Of a stretch of 64,000 bases of DNA, positions 25,886 through 39,461 are shown in pieces. The notes beneath the pieces are model-generated. The model searched no databases. It was given only the letters and a program-made list of their open reading frames with translations, and was not told where the DNA came from. The position numbers were made by a program, and so were the translations under genes. Source of the stretch: Vicugna vicugna (taxonomy: Eukaryota); NCBI GenBank assembly GCA_013265495.1, contig MU058289.1:2293451-2357450 (forward strand), written 5' to 3'. Numbering within the stretch: the stretch's first letter is position 1; every line of letters starts with the position of its first letter.

Positions 25886-27439
25886 CCAATATTCAGGTTT
25901 GTTCGCTTTAAAGAATCCGGAGACACAGATCTGTCTGGGAATCCTGGAGGGGGGCCAGTCCCTCGTGGCAGCCAAAGGGGTGGTGTCAGAGCCACATGAA
26001 GGCCCCGCCGCCATCTGTGTTCTGTAAACAAACACCCGCGTGCGTGCAGGGTAAAGCCAGAGCCCGGTGACAACCACGGCTGTGACAATTTTATAGAGCC
26101 CCAGTATCAGAGAAGACAGAAGTAATTAGGAAAATCATAAACATATCTAGTGTCTTCCGTCTGGCTGCTGCGCGTTCCAAAGGCGTTCTTTCCAGTCCGA
26201 GTTCACATTCGGGTTCCAGACACTTCTTAAAAGAAGTGTTGGAGTGGCTGGGGTCAAAGTACATCTGATTTCTAGGGTGGGCGTGATGGGCCCAGTGCTG
26301 AGCGGAGTTCCGGCTCCCTGCTCTCTTCCTCCCTCTCCTCTGCCTCCCACTTCCCTGCCTCCCTCCGGAGCTGAACTTCCTTCCCTTCACTTTCACTTTG
26401 GACAAGCCTCTCCTCAGAGGTTGACAGATGTTGAGAATCATGCCTCCAAACATTGTGGGTTCATTCCTCACTTGCTCACTCCCCACCAGCCTCTGTGCTG
26501 GAAGCTCAGGCACAGGGCCGAGTGCAAGGAGAAAAACTGAACTCCGTCTCCTGGCAGAGGTGGGTGGTCAGGGAAGGGCCCCCGAGGAAGCAGCATTCAG
26601 GGGAGACCAAGGGGACAAGAAAGATCCCGGCACTCAGAGGACTCCTCCAGGGAGGGAAACAGACAGAACAAAGCTCCAGGTGGAGGCCAGCGAGCCAGAT
26701 GAGCGGGAGGGACAGAAAATGAGGCAGGAGAGCGGGACAGAGATCAGCCCACTGGTGGCCCTGGACTGGGGCCACCCTCCATCCCGGTCGGCTTGGGACA
26801 GCCCTGGTTTACCCCGACTTCTTCAGCATAACTGTTCATAGCCTCCCCTTTGACTCACAAAGTGCCACTGCTTATTCAATAAATGATATGGTCACCCTAC
26901 TTACAGGGCAGAGCATTGAAATCTAGATTTTTTCCCATATTTTAACAGCAACGGGAAGTGGTCAGAGGATTTCGAGCAGGAGAGTGACAGGACCCAAGCT
27001 TTTCCCTTCAATCACCAAATATTTACTGAGTGCCAGTTGTCCTCCTCAGCTCCAGGGCACAGCCATGAGCCACATCTGGAGGAACTTCTGCCCTCATGGA
27101 GCTGACATTCCACTGTTAGACATGCCGACAAATGTCTAACAAATTTAACTAACTCTCCACCACTCGGTGCCCTCAGCAAGTCGAGGTGCCCATGGAACAG
27201 ATAGAAAGATGAAGCCAACCTGCTGGCTCTTTTTCTAAATTTAATAATTGGAAAATCATAAGCTACTTCTCATGAAGTCTGCTCCCAAATTTACCCCTGA
27301 GGGAGGTCTCCGGGGTAAGCCACTTGCATTGTGGGTTGCCCTTGATGCCCTGCTAACCCACGTGCCTCGGCTTCTATGGTTGGTGAGTCTAGCTGTGTGC
27401 TGGTTGCTCTGACAGGGCCCTTACGCCAGGCTGGTCCAT

Positions 27440-28810
27440 TGTTCTAGGTAACAGGTTTACAAATGCCCACAGAATCCTAGCTTGAGTGGTCTAAGCAGAA
27501 AGGAGCCTATGACACTGGCATATATCACCAAAAATCCTGCCTCTGTGCTAGGGACTCAGGCATAGAGCCAAGTGCAAGAAGGAAAACAAAACTCGGCAAG
27601 ATGTGTCTTCAGGCATGGCTGGATCCAGCAACCCTACTATGTCATCAAGAGTCCTCTCTCAAAGGGACCCCTCCTACACTGCTGGTAGGAATGTAGTTTG
27701 GTGCAGCCATTATGGAAAACCATAAGGATATTCCTCAAAAAATTAAAAATAGACTTACCATATGATCCAGCAATCCCACTTCTGGGTATATATCCAGAGG
27801 GAACTCTAATGAGAAAAGATACATGCACCCCAGTGTTCATAGCAGTGCTATATACAATAGCCAAGACATAGAAGCAACCTAAATGTCCATTGACAGATGA
27901 CTGGATAATGACAGATGATACACAAGTTGTGGTATATTTATGTAATGGAATACTACTCAGCCATAAAAAAGAATAAAATAATGCCATTTGCAGCAACATG
28001 GATGGAACTAGAAATCGTCATTCTAAGTGAAGTAAGCCAGAAAGAGACAGAAAGATACCATATAATATCACTCGTATGCAGAATCTAAAAAAACAAAAAA
28101 GGACACTATGAACTCATCTACAAAACAGAAACAGACTCACAGACTTAGTGAAAATTCTTATGGTTACTGGGGGGAAAGGAGGTGGGAAGGGATAAACCTG
28201 GGAGTTTGAGATTTACAAATGTTAGCCACTATATATAAAAATAGATTTTTTAAAAGTTTCTTTTGTATAGTATGGGGAACTATGTTCAATATCTTGTAAT
28301 AACTTTTAATGGAAAAAATTATGAAAATGAATGTATGTATGTATATGCATGACTGGGACACTGTGCTGTATACCAGAAATGGACACATTGTAATTGACTG
28401 TACTTCAATTAAAAAAAAAAAAAAAACTCCTCTCTCACAGCATTTCCTGGTTTTGCATCCCTTGTGCTGCCTTCAGTCTCCTGTTAGAGGCTCCCAGTGA
28501 CCCAAGAATAGAGCTTGCTGGACCCAGCAACACAGAATAGAGCCTCAATTTTTGGGAAGTTCATCTCAAGTCCTGGAATTAGAATCTCTTGGACCATACG
28601 CTCCTCACTGAACCAGCCACTGTATCCAGGAGGATGGAAGATACTCACTGGCCAGTCCTGAGTCATGTCCTTACCCCTACAAACACTTTGGGAGGGAGGT
28701 CAGCCTCACTCATACTGCATGGAATGAGAGTGGGAGTTTCTCCCAGGAAAATCCAGGTGTCATGACTAGAATGAGAGAAAATGAGGCAGGCAAAACAGCT
28801 GGTGTCCACT
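27440..28810. mobile_element. Old MaLR (MLT1-type) LTR split by the L1 insertion
   Basis: ttcaggcatggctggatccag before the L1 and ggccagtcctgagtcatgtcc...cccaggaaaatccaggtg after it resemble MLT1J/K-type consensus. Boundaries approximate. Confidence 0.55.
27662..28426 (+). mobile_element. 5'-truncated LINE-1 (ORF2 C-terminus remnant, 3'UTR, poly(A))
   Basis: Typical L1 3' text (catatgatccagcaatcccacttctgggtatatatcca, atgccatttgcagcaacatggatgga), pure A16 tail at 28411-28426, TSD core tcctctctca (27652-27661 / 28428-28437). Confidence 0.93.
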
Positions 28811-31800
28811 GTATGGGTGTCTCCCAAAGAAGTAAAGTCCGTGGAGAGTGAGGACGACTTCAGGGTGACTCCTATGCCATTGCTTCCAAAGTAAAAGCAA
28901 GTCCACCACCCTGGAGGAGGGAGTTGGTGGGTTTCTGGAGTCAGCTGCTGTGATGGGGACCCCAGATTCGTTCCTGACATCTGCCCCATGTCAGGCTACC
29001 AGCAATCTCTCCCTACAGGTAACAGAGGTCCTCTGGGCCTCAGGCTGTCTTGGAGATCTGTGACTCTAGCCCATGGAGGCAGGGCTGCAGGGGACACACG
29101 TGGCGATGGACAGCTGCCCCAAGAGAGACCTCAGAGTGGCTCCAGGCAGAGGACCCTCCTACTGCTCCCACCCAACATCTGCCCAGAGGGGGATGAGGGC
29201 TTGGGAGCTGTAATCAGGCCTCTGAATCCAGTGGGTCCTGTTCCCCGTGGGCCCCTGGAACTCCCTGACTTTAGCTTTTCTGAGGCCTCCAGCTCTAGGG
29301 TGGGGATTCTGCCTCCTAATCCCTGAGACCAGAGTTGGGGGAGGCAAAGGAATTTTGTGGGGTGGGGTGATGCTGGCTACAGGGGAGGTTAGGAGGGGAC
29401 TCCTGCGTTCTGGTCTTAGGAAGAACCTCTGAAGGAACAGATTGTCCCTCATGCCTCTTGTCACCTAGACTCAAGGATGCTGCTTGGTGGTGGGGAAGGA
29501 AGCGTCTTGCTGAGCATCAGTGGCCTGCAGCCGCTTTTGTACGTTTCTCAGCTGCTCTGGCAGGAGGCAGGGTGGGGGTCTCAACAGCCTGTTGATGGGG
29601 TGAGGGGTAGGAGGCTCCTGAGGTCCACTGGACTTCATCCAGATTCTCCAACTATAAATGGCGAGGCTGCTACCTACCACGAGGCCACTGCCCTTCTCAG
29701 CCTCACTCCTACCATAGAGAGGCAGTGAGGTCAGGGAGGGAGAGGCAGAGGCCTGGGAGGTGAGGAGCAAGGCCTTTGGAAGCAGCACAGCACTCATCTC
29801 TCCTGGGAGGGTGAGAGCCCCCAGCTCAGGAAGAGAGGGAGACACTGTGGCCCAGGCTGGCGAGCGGGGAGCCCTGCCAGGGACCAGGACGAGGGCTTCC
29901 TCTCCGCGTCTTCATGCCACAAGATGTAAAATAATCCCCTCGGCTCAGAAAAACACATTTTATGGCTGTCTGACTCATTTCCCACAAAGCTAGGTTCAAC
30001 CCCCCTCCCCCGTTCCCCCCCACTTGTAGAGCTTTTGTTTTGAAAAATAAAAAATATGTTGAAAATTTCAAGATGACTTTTAGACATAAATAGTTCCCTT
30101 CCTCACCCTCGTCCCAGACTCCCCTCACCTAATTTCCCAAACACTGGCTGCCAGAGCCTCAGGAGGACCCAGTCCAAGTGGGTGTGGGAGGGCCCTGGGC
30201 GACACAGCCCCTGGGGCCAGACCAGTGGGTGCCTGGAGCAGTGGGGCATGGAGATGGGCCGAGGGGCCCTTCAGGGAGGTGGGCCTCCCTCCCTGGCATC
30301 TGCAGCGGTGCCCCTGATCCTTCTGGTCCCACGTGAGCCCCAACAGCACTATCACACTCCAAGCCTTGCAGTCTCTCCAGGTCTGAGTCCCTCTCGAGAG
30401 TTCCTGGGGCCGCAGGTAATGTCTGGCTGTTTCCTTCCCACCCTGGCTCTCTGGGCTAAAGGTTGTCCCCGAGGTGATCTCACTCAGCTGGGATGCGCCA
30501 CCAGCCCCCGGCGGCTACACCGCTCCTCCCCAGGCCAGTGAGGAGCTGTGCTGAGTCTCACTGTCCTGGGGCGGGGGGGACCTACAAGTGAACCACAAAG
30601 GGGGGCCTGCCTTCCCCCATATACATCAGGGCTTTTGATTCCCCCACACATGCACTGGGGCTTGGCCTCCTGGCTCTCTCTGACTCTGCCATTCCTTTAA
30701 TTCCCCAACAATCCCAGGCCGTAGGTATCGGCGTCTCCATTTCTCAGACAGGAAACAGAGCCCCAGACAGCATGTGACCCATGTCAGCTGAGGGAAGGCC
30801 GAGGGCAGACAAGTGGGCAGCCTCAGGGCTCCAGCTGACCCCCAGAAAACTCAGGAAGAGCACCCCTGTCGGAAGCCCAAGGCTCAGTCGGAGGGCCATC
30901 CCAGGAAGCTCCTGGTTTCTGGCATGTGGCAGACACACTCGGAGGACGTGCAGCCCGCAGAGCCAGCCTCCTCTCCCTGCCAGGCAATGGGCACATTAAG
31001 GCCCTGCACACAGTACTCAGGGGGCTGCTGTCCCTGCATCTTCCCAGAGGACAGCCTGAGGAAGCTTCCTCAGGGTCTCCAAGGGAGGGGCAGCCACCTG
31101 TGGCCAGGCAGGGGCACCAACAACACCAGCTTCCATTGAACTGACAGCCCCAGATAGACAGGAACCTGCCAGCCTTGGGCCAGGCACCCCAGATCAGGAT
31201 GAGACAGAGGCTCCATCCCCAGCTGCAGCAGCCTTCCTGGGGCCCAAGACACTGGGCCAGTGGGCACCCAGAGCCCAGCCCCCTGAGAGCTGCCCAGGTC
31301 ATGGGTCTGCCCATTTCTTGTCCTCTGTAGTCCACACTGGGAGGTGACCTGGGCTCCTGTTTCTCCAGGGCTCTGCTCTGCCCTCCCACCCAGGAAGCAG
31401 CGGTGGTGGGGAGGGGGCGGGCGGTGTCTCACTGTCAAGGGCTCCACTGGGAGGGCCCTGGGGTTAGCTGGGGACAGGCAGTGGGGTCATGTGGGTTGGG
31501 GTCCCCCAGGCTGCCTGGGCCACGGACATCAGGGGAAAGACCAGAGGTGACCTGGACTTCCTTAACCACAAGAAAATGACTCAGCTAAATTGAGGAAGAT
31601 TTCCGTTTCGGTAGACTACTTTTTCCACTACGGTAAGAGTTTTTTACCCACAAGCTCCAGAGGAGCTGGTACCCCAGAGAAGGGTTCGGGGAGTTTCGGT
31701 TTGAATAGTCGATGCTGATTCTTAATCATTATTTTGAAAAGGCAGCTCTTGGTTTTCCAGCAGGTGGCTGGGTCCTGGGGAGTGAAGTCAGGTGTGCGTG

Positions 31801-34800
31801 TGTGTATGTGTGTGCGTGCGCACAACTGCACGCGTGTGCCTTGAGGACACTGGGGCCCAAGAAAGGGAGATTTAATCAGGTATGTTTCCCTTTGCCCGGT
31901 GGCAAACCTTGCCCAGGTCTGCAGAAATGACCCCGATTCTGAGGCCCTCTGAGCCTGTTGACCTGAACGAGTCTAAACGGCTACCTGGATTGAGGGCTCA
32001 GTCTGTGTCAGGCAGCAGGCGTAGCACATACCCACGCTACCTCAAAGCCCACTCCAGATTTTAGCTGAGACTCCTAGAGGGAAAAACACAGCCAGATGCA
32101 AACCCAGGCAGCCTAACGCCACCATAGACACTGATCACTGCCCCCACCTGCGCTTTCTCTGGCTCCTGGCATCTCCTGACACTGTCCTAGCTCATCTGCT
32201 CTAGAAGCTGGCAGCTCTGAGCCCAGCAAGGGCTGAGGACTTCTCTGCAAGGGCCTTGCTCAAAAGCCAGCCCATCAGTGATCAGTAGCTGGGCCTTGCC
32301 CTGGATGCTGAGATGTCAAGTCAGGGCATCTCCAATGCAGCCCTGGCTCCCAGAGACTAGCCCAACCCTGAGCCGGGGAAGGCGGAGCCTGGCAGATGGG
32401 GTCTTCCAACAGTGAAGGGCCCAGCCCTGTCCCTGCAACTTGCAGCCTGACAAAGGTGATGAGGGCAAGTCTTAGTCCAGATGCTTGATGAAGAAGAAGG
32501 CCAGTTGCTCTGGGGTCCTCCCACTTCTGGTTCAGCCCAGGGGCTTTCTGGAGGTGGGTACCAGCAGGCTCTAGCCTGTATGGCCGCACTGAGCACAGTA
32601 ACGGCCCAGTTTGGAAGACGCTCCTCCCCACCCCCAGTAGAGGCCTCTGAGTCAGCTTCCACTCTGGCAAGATCCACGGCAGTGAGAAGGTCCCTGTTTC
32701 TCACTCCCGCTTCCAGGGCAGGCCCCACTGAGGGGGATGACAGGATGCAGGGTCCTTCCCACATCATTGCTGGCTGGACCTCCGTTCTGCTAGGTGCCAC
32801 TCGACATCTTGCTTCCCCTTGACTCCTGCTCCGAGCCAGGGTCTGTTTCCCAACCTGGAGCGGGGCGGGAGTTCACATTGCCCAGTGGAGGAGTCTTGCC
32901 CTCCACTTACTCCAGGGATTTCAGGGGACAGAGTTGGGCCTGGCCAGTGTGGTTGTGCGGCCAGGGTGAGGGTTCTGCCTGGGGCCAGGACACGTGTCCT
33001 GGCTCTGTGGCTCCCCACGGTCCAGCCCGCTGGCCAGCCTCCCGGGGGAGGAGCAGGGGCTGTAGAGGCTGGGGGAGGAGGCGAGGCTAGTGGCCCCCTC
33101 GGGTGCTGGCAGTTCCAGGACAAAGGGCAAGACGTTCTGGCCAGAGCAAGGAAGCAGGGCAGGGAGCAGCACGAAGATGAGAGTGGGGCGGAGTGACTGA
33201 GGGGCCTGAGCCCCAGCTCTTGGCTCGGCCCCTCCCCTGGGTACCCTCTCCGGGAGACAGAAATGAGAGCAGTAGAGAGAAGAGGGAGCCGAAGATGGGG
33301 AAGGGGCTGAAACAGGCCAAGGCCAAAGCAGATAAAGGAAGAGGAACGGAGCAAGACAGCATCAGAGGAGCAGATTGGGGAGCACCCCAACCCAGCAGGT
33401 CCCAGCTATTCTTAAAGAGGCTTTGCCCCTGCCAGAGCCCAGGAGTCCGGCGGGAGCCTTGGAGGTGGGGTTCCCTCTCTGTTCCCTACCCACACAGAGG
33501 CCCCCCACCTTCCCTACCCAAGGGCTTATGCTGTATGGCCCTCTGTGAGTGTGTCATCTGTGTGCTGTTCCTATCATGTGTGTTTGTGTCGGTGTGTGTG
33601 CGTGTATGGTATGTGCCATGTGTCTGAAGTCCTCTGCGTCTAGGACCCTCAACTGCCCAGAGTCGTGGAACTCCATGAGGCAGCCTCTTCCAGGGACCCA
33701 GAAGTCCCTCCCGCCCAACAGGGGAGCAGAGGAGGCAGCTCCTTCTCCTTGGATCGCCCCCACTCAAGTAGTCATTGGGCTCCCAGGAACCAGCCAGTCC
33801 TGGGTGAAGGGGACCTGACTGACCAGAGGCCTCTGACCCACTCACATGCAGGGTCAGCTCCAGGCCTCTGCAGGGGACAGGGACTCAAAGGCTCCCAGAG
33901 AGGGCCACAATGTTGCACACAAAGTTCAGTGCATGTGTGTGCACACATGCATGTACCTGCATGTACAAGCATTCACATTTGTTCCCTGGTTGGTGAGCTC
34001 TAGCCTGTCAGCCTCACCTACCTGCCCATTATCCCCTCACCCAGAACCTCCAATGACTCCCGGGAGACCTGGGTACCAAGCTCTCTGCCTGTCACCTCCT
34101 GGCCCGGCCTAGCCCTTCCTTGTTCTCACTAATTCCTCCTTTAATTCCTCGCTGCCGCCATGTCGACTTCCTCACTGGCCCCCTACTTCATTCACATTTT
34201 CTCTGCAGAAATTTAGCAGCGTGTGTACGTGCAGCTACTGTGTGTTTGTGGCATCTTCTCTACATGGTCTGAATCGGGTGAGAATGTGTAGATTGGGGAA
34301 GAAATGCAATTTGCACTGGTTTGAGCAGAGAAGACTTTTATCAGCTCTTGTGATGGAAAAGCCCAGGACAGTACCAACTTCAGGCACAGCTGGATCTCAG
34401 CTGTGCAAATCCGTGTCCCTCTCCCAGCTCTGCTTCCCTTTGTGCTCATCCACCTTCCGGCAGGCTCCCAGCAGGACAGCCTCTAGGTTCACATTCCCCT
34501 GCTTTGCCACCTAGGGAAAAGAAAATGATTTTCTCCAGTATTTCCAGGAGAAGCCTCAGGGCTGATGCCCATTGGCCAGGCCCAGGGCACGTGATCCACT
34601 TCCGGAGGCCCAGGCTGGGGCAGCTCTGCCTGAACCACATGGTCTGAGAGAGAGAGGAGGCTGGTTCCCCAAAGAAGCACCAGGGCTGCCCTAGAGGAAG
34701 GAGGTAGACAGACGCTGGGCAGCCTGGAACACAGGGCCCCAGGTGGCTCTGTCCGCGAGTGGGTACCTGAGGCAGGGTGGGACACGCACTGTTCCTGTAC

Positions 34801-37009
34801 TAAGTCTCACGTCAAGCCAGAATGGGAGCTAGAATCCTGCAGCTGGCAGGCCTGGGATTTCTGTGCCGTTTCTTACCATACACATGGGGAAGCTGAGGCC
34901 CGGAGAGTCATGGGACTGGCCCAGGGTCACACACATCAGGGCAGAGCTGGAGTTAGAACACGAGCCTTTTGACAGCTGATCCTGACTTGTCTACACAGGG
35001 GTGTTCATGCAGCTTAAGCCACACGTTGCCTGCCTGCAAGAGTCTGACTTATTGGCCTGGGGTATCTACCCCAGGCCAACTGGTCAGACTTGGGAGGCAG
35101 GGCCCACATATCAGCTGTCCACAAGAATCGTATCGAGCCCTTGCTCCAGCCACAGAAGTTCAGTGCTGACGGACTCACAGCTGGGCTGGAGGCTCCCAGC
35201 TTAGCAAGCCCCAGTGGTGCTAACGCAGGGACTGAGGAGGGGGGCCGAGACACTTCATCGGCAGATCGTAGTCCAAGAAGGGGCACCCACCTCAAAGGCC
35301 GGGGGCATCGGGAGAAGGGTGCAGAGAGAATAGGTGTTGGGGCTGGAATAGGGAGTAGGCCGACCCCCAGTGGGGGTCAGTGGGGCCCAAACATCCAGCC
35401 CACTGACTGCTGCGCCAGCTCGGCAGAGAGGAGGGGGAGGGAGACCTGGACCATGAGGCCAAAAGAGGTCAAGGGGCGGAGAGGCCATGAGGGGCCCAGC
35501 GGGCTCCAGCAGGCTGAGGACGCTTGGCCAGAAAGGCCTGTTTACTCAGAGGCCCACGAGGTCAAGGCCCAAGCCCCGGGTTAATTATTAACGGCCACCT
35601 GGTTCATGGCTGCCCGGTGTGGTGCAGGCCGGAGACCGGAGCCCAGGCACCGCCCCCTGCTGCCACTCTGCCCTGGGGTGCTCCCTTCCCCTCGGCTTCA
35701 GAAGACATGGCCTCTACAGCCCCCAGTGACTCTGACACCCTCCTCCCCGACTCCTGCCAGGGTGAAGCCTGTTTCTCTGGCCAGGGACAGATTTGGTGGC
35801 AGTATCTGTGGGGGACAGGCACCCTGGGCCTGAGCTCACCCGAGGACTGGAGTTTCTCTGAGGACCCCTCATCAAAGGGATTGTTGCTGTGTTGACCCTG
35901 CATAGGCTCAGCTGAATTCCTGGGCATCGGCTGAGTCCCCACCGTCCCAAAGGAGCCAAGACAGGTGGCTCCCTGTGCCCTGGGGAGAGTGTCTTCCCTC
36001 TCCAGGGAGCAGGCGCTGACAGAAGTGCTGTAACCGAATTAGCAGCCTTTGGGCCACAAATCCCCGCATTGTCCTACAGATTAGGCCCTGACACTGTGGT
36101 TGGAGAAGGGAGAATCCACCTCTCTGGATTCAGCCAGGCCTCCCAGGGCCCCGCCCCCTCAGCCGCCTGGCCCAGAGCCACCTAGCCCCCATCCTGACCC
36201 CAGATGCAGGTCTCACCAGGGGGACTTGGGAGACGGGGAAGGAGGCTCGACCCACCCCGTGCCTCTCTTGGAAGGTGACAGCAGCACCTGGAGGGGACCT
36301 TGTTGAAGCCCAGGGACTGACTCAGCAGGTCCGCACATCCCAGGACTCTGCATTTCTCAGGAGCTCCCAGTGGGGCCAAAGCTCCTGAGAGAGGCAACGC
36401 TTCAGGCGGGTCCCCCACGGTGGAGCTCTCCTGGGGCTTCTCACTCACTCTTAGACTGACACCTTCAGCCTCAAAGATTTTTGTTTTTATGTTGAGGCTT
36501 TGGTGGATGGGGCTCGTGGAGGGATAAAGTGGGCAGGGGAACCAGATGTCCTGACCCAGCCCAGTGAGGGACCTGGGACAGCCAGTGCCTGGGGGTCCTG
36601 GAGGGTCCCCTTCACTTGCACTGTGCCATCCTCCCTAACCAGGCTATCGAGGGGGCATCTAGGCCCAGAGTCCCCCAGCTGTGTGGCCCCCATGCACAGA
36701 GAACTGGGAAGGGTTCTAGGGCACATCCTCCACACCCGCTCAGGGGCAAAGTCTTTCCTGCCTCTGGAAACCCAGCCCAGGCAGGCGCGCAGCCTTGGGC
36801 CCCACAGAGCTCTGCACAGCCCAGACCCTTCAGCGGCCACTTCAGGGTACAATTGTTCCCTTTTCAAGACACCACTTTCCCAACCAGGAAATCCTGAACG
36901 AAGGCTGCCCGTCCCTCCCTGAGTCAACACTTGCCGAGAAGGAGGGCGGGGGAAAAGGAAAACAGGCCACGGGACACGGCCTGAGCCACACCAGCCCCGG
37001 GAGCGCAGA

Positions 37010-37325
37010 CCAGACACACACACACACACACGCACGCACATTCACATTCACAGACACAGATCTGCACACAGGTGCGCACAGACCCACATCACATGCTCAC
37101 AGTCACACGTGCACTCGAAGACACCCCACTTCCAGTCTCACACACACCCACACCCACACTCAGACACGATTACACACACACATGCACACAGACACAGAAG
37201 CCCCCATGCATCATCACAGTTCACATGTGCGCATACACAAGCACTTGGTCACAATTACATACAGACACACGCACACCCCCCAGGTTCCCGCACATACACA
37301 CAGATGCAGACACACCCACACACTC
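37010..37325. repeat. Degenerate (CA)n-rich low-complexity tract
   Basis: Pure (CA)n at ~37014-37030 followed by ~300 bp of CA-rich sequence. Confidence 0.9.
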
Positions 37326-38129
37326 TGCTCTCTTACCCGTGGCCTTCCCATTGTTTGGTGCCCTCCCTTTAAGACACCAGCCTCAAGGCACCCAGGAGAC
37401 CAGTCCCGGCACCCCAGGAAGTTTGAGACCAAGACTGAGTACTCGAACTTCACACAGTGTTCTGTCTTTGGGGCCAGATCCTGCCCAGAATGTACTGGCA
37501 CCACTGGGGAAATGGGGACTGGCACCCCTCAGCCAGGATTGGGCTGGAGCTAGAGGTGCCCACTGCCCACCTGTGGGAGGGGACCTCCATCAGATGCAAA
37601 TGATGCACTCATCAGACCAGAAGTAGACACCCGTTTCCTGCAGGTCTGCCTGGCTACACAGACCCTCGGACGGAGCTGTGTCCGGCCCACAGTGGGCACT
37701 CAGTGCGGAGGGGCTGGAGGGCCACCAACAGCCTGGTGAGGGTGGAGGAGCTCTCTGTCTTCTGGGCTGGCTTCCAGGGAGGCCCCTGCCACCCTGCAAC
37801 CTGCCGCACTCCACAGCGCTGAGATCCAGGCTCAGGCGAGCCAGCCTACCCAAGGCTCCTGTCTCCGGGGCGGCGGGCGGGCAGCCCTGGGACGTGCCCA
37901 CACACGGCTCCCCCGCGGCCGCACGCCAAGCCAACGCCAGAGCCAGGCCAAGAGCAGGAGTCTCGGGGCCTGCCCACCGCCCACGTCCCGCCCAGCCTTC
38001 TGCGCCTGCTCCAGCAGGAGACCCAGCCCTTGAATCCCCAGCAGGACTCAAACTCCTATCCACACACCAGCCTCCTAGCACACCTGAGGACAGGCGTCTT
38101 GCCCGCCGGTTCCCATCCTCAGCAGCGCC

Positions 38130-38630
38130 CAGGGATCTTTGCAAATGTCAATCTGATCACGTTCCCGGCCTGGCCTCCCAAAGATTCTCCACTCCCTTGC
38201 ATCTGCTGCCCTCCCCACAGAGCCCTATAAGGTCCCATGTGGCCTGGCCACCGCCCTGCCCCCGTGCTCCTCATCTGCCCCTCTCTCGGGGCTGTCCCTC
38301 AAGCAGCTTGCTCCTGCCCCAGGACTTTGCACTGTGGTTCCCTCTAGGTCTGTGCTTGACTGGCCCTTTCCCTTGTTCAGGTTTGCATTCTGCTGCCCCC
38401 ATCCCACGGAGGCCCTCCTGAAGCAGCCCCCAGTCACTGCCCAGTTACATCACCCTGCTATGCGGTACTCCCAGTCCTCGTGCTCTTAAAAATGGCCCTG
38501 TTCTTGGCCTCACTTGCTTGTCCATCCAAGAAGCCAGGACCATGTCTGTATTATTTGAAACCTGGAGGGGGCCTGTCCGGCAGGTAATTGGTGGGAGGTA
38601 CACTGATGTTTGTTGAACGAACGAATGATC
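38130..38630 (+). mobile_element. LINE-2 3' remnant
   Basis: caggactttgcactgtggttccctct...gtttgttgaacgaacgaatga. Confidence 0.6.
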
Positions 38631-39461
38631 GAGGCAGGACAATGCTGAACCCAAATGCATGAGTCTGAAATAGGAGGGGCCATGAGTCAGGTGTAGGGGC
38701 AGGCCTATGACGGGCATCAAGTCCTCCTGGGGGCCTCTTGGTTCACTCACACCACACAGGCAGGCCTAGCAGAATGGGTCACGGCCAGGACCAAGATTAG
38801 GACCCACACCCTTGCTCCTGATGGGATTAGACTCTATCCTGGCTGCTCCCAGCCCAGTACAGAGAGGAACCCCTTATATCCACTCCCCTGGGTTTACTGT
38901 GTCCATGTGCTCTGACAGCTCCTGCTCCCAGAACCTTTAGCTAGAACACCCTGCTGCCTGAAATTTGTCCTCTGCCTGCCTGGACAACCCTGCTCCACCA
39001 GCAAGGTACCGCCAGAACCCCACTCTCAGCTCTGAAGACCCCTCCCCAACACACACAGTCACCCTGCCCTCCTCTGCCAGGTGGCACTTTTAGCCTGGCA
39101 GAGATGAGTGCCTTTTAAAACTTTCTAGGCACTTCCAGTCTTCTCTTCACCACTTCGGGCAGCTCAAGGGTTGATGAGAGGCCTGGGCAGATTTCAGAAA
39201 GATGGGGGTTGGGCAAGAGGTCAACAGGATAGGTCAGCGGACAAAGGATCAATCAGGTCTAAAGAAGCCCAGCAATGGGAAGGGGCCACCCTGAACCCAG
39301 GAGATCAGGACTGAGTTAACTGGTTAGCTGGTTAGTTAGCTCCCCTGTTTGTTTGCTTTCTCCATTTATGGTGCACACACCATGTTTGAGTGGGAGGGTC
39401 CCCAGGGGATGTCTGGCCAGGCTGGTCTCGGAGCGGGGAGAGCCTGGTTCTCACCCTGGAC

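Noticed and set aside
27637..27999. 120-aa minus-strand ORF
   Set aside because: Antisense reading of an L1 3' fragment, a common spurious ORF.
36795..37626. His/Thr-rich ORFs of 252 and 184 aa
   Set aside because: Translation of CA-rich low-complexity sequence.
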